Shown here: one piece after another, positions 58,021 to 64,000 of the stretch
Layout of the letters: the number at the start of each line of letters is the position of its first letter
How positions within the stretch are numbered: position 1 is the first letter of the stretch
Assembly: GCA_025354885.1 (NCBI GenBank)
Contig: JANXLY010000172.1
Coordinates: 14,564-78,563 of the forward strand
Direction of reading: 5' to 3'
DNA from: Acidobacteriota bacterium
GTDB taxonomy: Bacteria > Acidobacteriota > Terriglobia > Bryobacterales > Bryobacteraceae
Length of the DNA: 64,000 bases
Position numbers and translations under genes: made by a program
Notes under the pieces: model-generated
The model's database searches: none
What the model saw: only the letters and a program-made list of their open reading frames with translations
Told to the model about the DNA's origin: nothing

Positions 58021-58520
58021 TCGTTACGGAATTGTTGCGTCGGGTCATTGCGCAACCTCCGCTTGCACGTGGATGGGAGCTGGCTTATTGGTTCACCGAC
58101 CACGTCTTCTTTGACGGCAAATGGCTTATGCTGGCGACGATGGCGCTGGCACCGGTGCGACCAAATTTACCAGTGAAGTGGCTGATGCCTGCGGCAGGGT
58201 TGTTGCTGATGGTGGGATCGTTTCTGCAATTGCAGGATCCACTTTTTTTGGTAATGGTGGGATTGCTGCTGGGAGTTGCACTGAAGAGCGCCCCTGAAAG
58301 CGAAGCAATGCTGATGGTGATGGTGATTGGGGGAATGTGCCTAGGAGTGCCGCTGAACGGGTTCAGCGGACTGATGGCAGCGAAAGCTAATTTTCCGCCG
58401 GGATTGATGAAGCCACTCTTTGGTGCGACGGCTGGAGTAGGGAGTGCTTCGATTGCTGCGGCGCTCGCCGGTTTGTTTCTACTGGGGCGGCGCTTATGGA
58501 GAAGTCGGAAGGCTGCCTAA
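57927..58520 (+). CDS. Membrane protein, shortened DUF418-like paralog
   Basis: Colinear motif similarity to the upstream gene; start uncertain. Confidence 0.55.
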   Translation: MEVLVILEETTDAVSERNKWRALAGFAVGGLVVTELLRRVIAQPPLARGWELAYWFTDHVFFDGKWLMLATMALAPVRPNLPVKWLMPAAGLLLMVGSFLQLQDPLFLVMVGLLLGVALKSAPESEAMLMVMVIGGMCLGVPLNGFSGLMAAKANFPPGLMKPLFGATAGVGSASIAAALAGLFLLGRRLWRSRKAA

Positions 58521-58711
58521 AGGGCAGTGCCGTTGTTGGGATCGCCCGGGATGCGAACGCGGAGGAAGTTTGTACGCTTGTGCATGGGGAGTCTGAGGCG
58601 TGCCCTGATCATTTCGAGTTCCATGGCATCCGCTGCCTTGGTAAGGAGCGCGAGTTGTTCAGCCTTGCTGAGCTTGGGCTTCGATTTCGCCAAGGGTTTT
58701 TTCGAGGGCAT
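58517..58711 (-). CDS. Small basic protein paired with the nucleotidyltransferase
   Basis: 64 aa; overlaps the 3' end of the NTase gene. Confidence 0.55.
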   Translation of the reverse strand: MPSKKPLAKSKPKLSKAEQLALLTKAADAMELEMIRARLRLPMHKRTNFLRVRIPGDPNNGTAL

Positions 58712-59135
58712 CGAGAATCGCCTTATCTTTGGGGCGACCGGCTTCGCGCTTACTTTTAATAATATCGGCGAGGCTGGCTAGCAAGAGCGTGCTTCCCTCC
58801 ATTGCAACAGTAGTTGAGCGGCTACGCAAGCTCGCAATTGAACTGATGCCGTGAGCAACAGGTAGGAAATTGACGTGAAAATCCGCAGGCCCAAAATCTA
58901 GACTATAGAGCGTATCGAGTGGAGGAAAGGAATGCTTGAGTGTTGCGCTGACGCGGTTGGCAACGATAGCTATCTTCTCCTCGTTTTCGACCGTGTCATC
59001 GTACAAAAAATCGAACGCCAAAGTCTGAACAGGGACCCCGTGCAATGCAGCCGCAGCATTTCCGATCAGGATTGCTTCCAGTTTGGCGGCTTCCATAGCA
59101 GCAGCGATTTGTACCAAATACTTTGTCGCGTCCAT
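58659..59135 (-). CDS. Nucleotidyltransferase-fold protein (DUF6036-like)
   Basis: ILIGNAAAALHG, LADIIKSK..GRPKD. Confidence 0.8.
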   Translation of the reverse strand: MDATKYLVQIAAAMEAAKLEAILIGNAAAALHGVPVQTLAFDFLYDDTVENEEKIAIVANRVSATLKHSFPPLDTLYSLDFGPADFHVNFLPVAHGISSIASLRSRSTTVAMEGSTLLLASLADIIKSKREAGRPKDKAILDALEKTLGEIEAQAQQG

Positions 59136-59141
59136 AGTGGC

Positions 59142-60575
59142 TCAGGATAGCAGCGGTCTTACTACCTGGCCTTTGACGTCGGTGAGGCGGTAGTGGCGAC
59201 CTTGAAATTTGAAGGTGAGCTTGGTGTGATCAACTCCAAGAGCGCGCATCAGGGTGGCGTGGAGGTCGTGAAGGTCTACCGGGTTCTGGGTGATGTTGTA
59301 TGAAAAATCGTCGGTTTCGCCGTAGGTCGTGCCTCCCTTGAAACCACCACCTGCAATCCAGGCCGTGAAACAGCGGGGATGATGATCGCGACCATAGTTG
59401 GTCTCCGTCAGCGTTCCCTGCGAATAGACGGTGCGTCCGAATTCCCCCATCCAGATGACGACGGTGTCTTTGAGAAGCCCACGCTGCTTTAGATCTTCGA
59501 CGAGGGCGGCTGAAGGCTGATCAGTTTCTTTACACTGAGCTCGAATCTCTTTGGGGAGGTTTGAGTGTTGGTCCCACCCGCGATGGAAGAGTTGGACGAA
59601 ACGGACACCACGTTCGACAAGGCGGCGGGCAAGGATGCAATTCGCCGCATAGGAGCCAGGCTTTCGCGCATCGGGGCCATAGAGATCGAAGGTAGACTGC
59701 GGTTCTTTGGTAAGGTCACTGAGTTCAGGAACACTCGATTGCATGCGGAAGGCCATCTCGTATTGAGAGATGCGAGTGGCAATTTCGGGATCCTGATAGT
59801 CGTCCAGCTTGATCTGATTCAGCTTGGCAAGATCGTCCAGATAGCGACGACGGGCTTCTCTTGAATAGCCATCGGGATCAGAGAGATAAAGCACGGGGTC
59901 AGCACCGCCACGGAACTTGACGCCGGAAAACTTTGTGGGGAGGAAGCCAGAGCCAAAGGCGCGGTCAGCAAGTGCCTGGGTATTGCCGGAACCCTGACTG
60001 ACCATGACGACGTAGGCGGGAAGATTTTGATTCTCGCTGCCAAGACCATAGGCGACCCATGCGCCCAGGCTCGGACGCCCGGCGAGCTGGAAGCCGGTTT
60101 GGCAGAAAGTTACAGCGGGGTCGTGGTTGATGGCTTCTGTGTTGAGGCTCTTGATGAAGCAGAGATCGTCGGCGGTCTTTGCCATGTGAGGTACAAGTTC
60201 GCTAAACCAGGAGCGGGATTGTCCATGCTGGGCGAACTTGAAGACGGTGGGCGCGGTGGGGAAGCTTTCCTGAAAGGCACTCATGCCGGTGAGGCGTTGA
60301 CCGTTGCGGATCGAGTCGGGAAGATTCTGACCTCGTCGCGCTTCAAGGCCAGGTTTCCAGTCGAAGAGATCGAGTTGGCTCGGTGCTCCGTGCTGGAAGA
60401 GCAGAATGACGTTCTTCGCGGTAGGGGGGAAGTGCGGCAGGCCTGGAAGCTTGGGATGGACGTCCGAAACTTCAGCCTGAGCGTCGCGGCCCAGTAACGA
60501 GGCAAGCGCGCTTAGGCCGATACCCGTGGAAGACTTCTGGAAGAAATGGCGGCGGGTTTGGAGGAGTGGGTGCAT
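59142..60575 (-). CDS. DUF1501 family protein
   Basis: TRRHFF, GAPSQLDLFD, ARRLVERGVRFVQ, GEFGRT, GRDHH. Confidence 0.93.
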   Translation of the reverse strand: MHPLLQTRRHFFQKSSTGIGLSALASLLGRDAQAEVSDVHPKLPGLPHFPPTAKNVILLFQHGAPSQLDLFDWKPGLEARRGQNLPDSIRNGQRLTGMSAFQESFPTAPTVFKFAQHGQSRSWFSELVPHMAKTADDLCFIKSLNTEAINHDPAVTFCQTGFQLAGRPSLGAWVAYGLGSENQNLPAYVVMVSQGSGNTQALADRAFGSGFLPTKFSGVKFRGGADPVLYLSDPDGYSREARRRYLDDLAKLNQIKLDDYQDPEIATRISQYEMAFRMQSSVPELSDLTKEPQSTFDLYGPDARKPGSYAANCILARRLVERGVRFVQLFHRGWDQHSNLPKEIRAQCKETDQPSAALVEDLKQRGLLKDTVVIWMGEFGRTVYSQGTLTETNYGRDHHPRCFTAWIAGGGFKGGTTYGETDDFSYNITQNPVDLHDLHATLMRALGVDHTKLTFKFQGRHYRLTDVKGQVVRPLLS

Positions 60576-60576
60576 G

Positions 60577-63500
60577 TCAGTCCTTGGTAACCGCCTCGTC
60601 GAGATTGAGGAGAAGACTTCCGAGAGCCATGTAGGCGGCCTGCTCGGTTGGATTGAGTTGCCTGGGATGCGGGGATTCGCCCTTGGCGAGGTAAGAATCT
60701 ACGCGGCCCGGGTTGGTCGCGAAGTAGTCGCGATGGTAGTTCAAACTGGATTTGAGGATGGTGAGTTCTTTGTCGCTGGGAGCGCGAGCGAGCAGCAGTC
60801 TGAAGCCGTAAGAGATTCGGGTCTCGTCAGTCTTGCCACCTTCTTCGAGCATGCGGCGTCCGATCTGCCGCCCGGCTTCGAGGAAGGTGACATCATTCAT
60901 GAGATTGAGGGCCTGCAGAGGGGTGTTGGTGCGCGACTCACGAACGACGCAACTCTCGCGAGTGGAGGCATCGAAGTTGATCATCATCGGCGGAGAAATG
61001 GTGCGCTTCCAGTACATGTAGAGAGAACGGCGGTAGAGATCCTGACCGTGATCCTGCTTATAATCCATGTTCTGCATCGACTGTTCTTCCCAGAGACCGG
61101 CAGGCTGATAGGGTTTGACGCTGGGGCCTCCAAGAGTGTTATTGAGAAGGCCGGAAGTGAAGAGAGCCTGGTCACGGATTGCCTCAGCGGGGAGGCGCAG
61201 GCGGGGCCCATGGGAGAGCAAGCGATTTTCTGGATCCCGACTGATGAGATCTGCTGTTGAGCGGGAATCCTGACGGTAGGCAGCGCTCGAAACGATGAGC
61301 TGGACCATGTGTTTGAGGTCCCAGCCAGAGGAGATGAATTCGGTAGCGAGCCAGTCGAGAAGTTCTGGATGCGAGGGGTACTCGCCCTGACTGCCGAAGT
61401 CTTCAATGGTCTTGACGAGGCCAGTGCCGAAGAGGAGTTGCCAGAGACGATTGATGTTGACGCGGGCGGTGAGCGGGTTGTCTTTTGCCACCATCCATTG
61501 GGCAAGGCCGAGGCGATTGTTGGGAGCGCCTGCGGGGAGAGGTGGAAGGAAGGCGGGCAATCCGGGTTCGACCTTTTCACCGGGCTTGTTGTATTCGCCC
61601 CGAATGAGAATGTGGGTGTCGCGGCGTTGTGGATTCTCAGCCATGATCATGACTGTTGGGAGGCTGCGTTCGAGAGCTTCGCGATCCTGTTCGAGACGGT
61701 TGAGCTTCTGCCAGAGCTCTCGCTGGGCCTGCGGGGCGGAGCTCGCAAGATAGGCTTCGCGCAACTGACGGCGGGCAGAAGGCGAGTTTGGATCAGAGGC
61801 AAGTTGAGCGAGGGTGCGGCCTTCGGCGAGTAGTGCAATATCTTCGGTTGCAAGTGCGCGAGACCATACCAGGATCTCGTCGACTTTTCCGGCGAAGCGA
61901 CGTGCTGGACCGCCACCGGAGCCGATGCGCAATGGCTCGGGGAACTCTTTACCGCCATTGCCGAGCGGGCGATACAGGTTGTCGATTTCGACGTTGAATG
62001 CGATGGGCTTTCCGTCGACCAGAACATGGATGCCTTCGGCCATGCGCGAACCGGAGTAGGTGAGTGTGATGTGATGCCACTGGCCGGCTGCCAGCACTGT
62101 CTGGGTGGAGGTCATTCGGATGGCGTCGTCGTCATAGTCGCTGGTGAAGTGGACATGGATCTTGCCGTTGCGAGCTTCGAGGCCAAAACCGCGGCCACGC
62201 GGCTTGTCGTTCATGCGCGAGAAGATTGTGCCATCGGGGAGTTTGTCTGACTGCGCCCAGAGAGCGATCGTGAAGCGGTCCTCCATGTCAAAGTTGGCAG
62301 CCTGGAAACCGGCGTCGAGGTAAGTTGTTCCATTGAGCGCTGCGGCTTTGCCGATGCGACCGGGAACGAATTCCACCTGGCCGGCATTGGCGCGAGTTTC
62401 CTCTGGATCCTCAAGGCTTAGCTTGCGTTTGAAATCTACACTGGGGATCCAGTAGCTCAGAGAAGACTTTGCAATCGAGCTCTGCCAAGCGCGCTGTTGA
62501 GAAGGGTTGAGTTTGATTGCAGTGCGGGTCTGTTCGATGGAGTGAACGAGGCTGGTTAGCTGGTCCTGCTGTTGCCTGGTGGGAGTGGGGATCATCGGCG
62601 GCGAGTTGCCATACTTCATGGCGCGTCCCATCTCTGGAACGTTGTTGAAGTAGGCGTAGAACTGGTACATCTCCTTTTGAGTCAGCGGATCGTACTTGTG
62701 GTTGTGGCAGCGTGCACAACCAAAGGTGAGACCGAGAAAGACAGCGCTATTGGTTTCGACACGATCGATGACGTACTCGACGTTGTACTCTTCGGCGACG
62801 ATGCCGAGCTCGGTGTTGGCGCGGTGATTGCGCTGAAAGCCGGTGCCCATTTTTTGTTCCATCGTGGCATCGGGCAACAGATCACCAGCAATCTGTTCGG
62901 TGATGAACTGGTCGAAGGGTTTGTTCTTGTTGAAGCTTTCGATGACGTAATCGCGCCAGCGCCACATGATGCGCTCGCCATCGAACTGATAGCCATTGGA
63001 ATCTGCGTAGCGGGCATTGTCGAGCCAGCGCATGGCCATGCGCTCGCCAAAGCCTGGATGCGCGAGGAGGCGCGCGACTAGCTTGTCGTAGGCGTTGGCG
63101 GACTTGTCGGCGAGGAAAGAATCGACCTCTTTAGGCGTGGGCGGGAGGCCGGTGAGGTCCAGCGTGAGGCGTCGGATGAGGCGATCGCTAGATGCCTCTG
63201 CTGAGGGCTTGAGAGATTCGCGATCGAGCCGTTCCATGATGAAGCTGTCGATCGGGTTTCGCGGCCAGGCCTTGTCCGAAAGCTGGGGAAGATCTGGACG
63301 CTCGGGAGTGATAAAGCTCCAGTGCTTTTGCCAGGGTGCGCCAGCGGCGATCCACTGAGTGAGGGTATCGCGTTCTGCTTGGGTGAGCGAGTGGCCAGTG
63401 AACAGAGGCGGCATCTTGCGCGCCTTCGAGTCGGTATTGATTCGTTTGATGAGTTCGCTCGTTTCCGGGGAACCGGGGACGATGGCCCGTCGACCGCCGA

Positions 63501-63684
63501 GGTCGGCCTTGGCAAGGCTTTCGATGTCGAGTCGAAGCGGGATGTTTTTCGCCTTCGAATCGACACCGTGGCAGGCCAGACATTTATCGGAAAGGATTGG
63601 GCGAACGTCACGATTGAACTCGATGGGGCGAGCGGCGCAAAGCAGCGTTGCGGCAATGAATAAGATCAAGAGAGCCCGAATCAT
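60577..63684 (-). CDS. Planctomycete cytochrome c / DUF1549 / LamG / DUF1553 protein
   Basis: CLACH, CARCH, LamG-like GQWHHITLTY...FAGKVDE, NTPLQAL. Confidence 0.93.
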   Translation of the reverse strand: MIRALLILFIAATLLCAARPIEFNRDVRPILSDKCLACHGVDSKAKNIPLRLDIESLAKADLGGRRAIVPGSPETSELIKRINTDSKARKMPPLFTGHSLTQAERDTLTQWIAAGAPWQKHWSFITPERPDLPQLSDKAWPRNPIDSFIMERLDRESLKPSAEASSDRLIRRLTLDLTGLPPTPKEVDSFLADKSANAYDKLVARLLAHPGFGERMAMRWLDNARYADSNGYQFDGERIMWRWRDYVIESFNKNKPFDQFITEQIAGDLLPDATMEQKMGTGFQRNHRANTELGIVAEEYNVEYVIDRVETNSAVFLGLTFGCARCHNHKYDPLTQKEMYQFYAYFNNVPEMGRAMKYGNSPPMIPTPTRQQQDQLTSLVHSIEQTRTAIKLNPSQQRAWQSSIAKSSLSYWIPSVDFKRKLSLEDPEETRANAGQVEFVPGRIGKAAALNGTTYLDAGFQAANFDMEDRFTIALWAQSDKLPDGTIFSRMNDKPRGRGFGLEARNGKIHVHFTSDYDDDAIRMTSTQTVLAAGQWHHITLTYSGSRMAEGIHVLVDGKPIAFNVEIDNLYRPLGNGGKEFPEPLRIGSGGGPARRFAGKVDEILVWSRALATEDIALLAEGRTLAQLASDPNSPSARRQLREAYLASSAPQAQRELWQKLNRLEQDREALERSLPTVMIMAENPQRRDTHILIRGEYNKPGEKVEPGLPAFLPPLPAGAPNNRLGLAQWMVAKDNPLTARVNINRLWQLLFGTGLVKTIEDFGSQGEYPSHPELLDWLATEFISSGWDLKHMVQLIVSSAAYRQDSRSTADLISRDPENRLLSHGPRLRLPAEAIRDQALFTSGLLNNTLGGPSVKPYQPAGLWEEQSMQNMDYKQDHGQDLYRRSLYMYWKRTISPPMMINFDASTRESCVVRESRTNTPLQALNLMNDVTFLEAGRQIGRRMLEEGGKTDETRISYGFRLLLARAPSDKELTILKSSLNYHRDYFATNPGRVDSYLAKGESPHPRQLNPTEQAAYMALGSLLLNLDEAVTKD

Positions 63685-63711
63685 TTTGACTTAATTCTAT
63701 ATGCTGTAGAG

Positions 63712-64000
63712 ATGCTACGCAGGTCCTTTCTTGGTGCGATGAGTGGTCTGAGACGACGGCCGAATCTTTTATTTTTGCTTACGGACGATCAGCGGGCGGA
63801 TTTGCTTGGTTGCGCAGGGCATCCGATTTTGCAGACACCGAACGTGGACCGACTGGCGGCGGGAGGGGTGCGGTTTCGCAATCACTTTTGTGCCACCGCA
63901 ATCTGTTGCACCAGTAGGGCGAGCATCCTGACGGGCTTGCATGAGAAGTGCCATGGCGTCTCTGATTTCAAGACGCCGTTGCGGCCGGAGATCTCGGCGA
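63712..64000 (+). CDS. Sulfatase (5' part; runs off the window)
   Basis: MLRRSF, RPNLLFLLTDDQR, QTPNVDRLA, ICCTSRASILTG. Confidence 0.9.
   Translation, partial: MLRRSFLGAMSGLRRRPNLLFLLTDDQRADLLGCAGHPILQTPNVDRLAAGGVRFRNHFCATAICCTSRASILTGLHEKCHGVSDFKTPLRPEISA

Noticed and set aside
1-64000. CRISPR arrays, tRNA/rRNA genes, intact IS or integrase, riboswitches
   Set aside because: None recognised by eye; intergenic spaces are mostly too short. A covariance-model search was not possible.

Overview
A gene-dense chromosomal segment, most likely from an Acidobacteriota genome (Bryobacterales/Solibacter-like). The assignment rests on an acido-empty-quinoprotein, acidobacterial VWA proteins, an Oar-type TonB-dependent receptor, DUF1501/PSD1 pairs and an ECF-kinase cluster. 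About 65 CDS are supported. Housekeeping genes include accD, rlmH, yebC-ruvC, deoB, an orphan nuoB, pgeF, alaX, a cyclophilin, alkA, rfbD and a kdgK-like kinase. Other modules are two ECF sigma systems (anti-sigma/HEAT type and Ser/Thr-kinase type), an amino-sugar operon, a three-gene Tad cluster, two PSD1-cytochrome/DUF1501 pairs, and a decaying toxin-antitoxin/Mrr islet at about 41.5-43.9 kb. I saw no rRNA, tRNA, CRISPR array or intact mobile element. The best leads are: (1) a CpaB fused to a compact secretin-like domain, behind a sigma28-like promoter; (2) a DUF3037-like domain fused to an intact LexA/S24 autocleavage module with no HTH; (3) tandem RD and non-RD receptor kinases coupled to a phosphorylation-type ECF inside a nuoB-pgeF...alaX operon; (4) an orphan NlpC/P60-like protein; (5) frequent leaderless TANNNT-N6/7-ATG gene starts with near-zero divergent spacing. 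All family calls come from reading motifs by eye, not from database searches.
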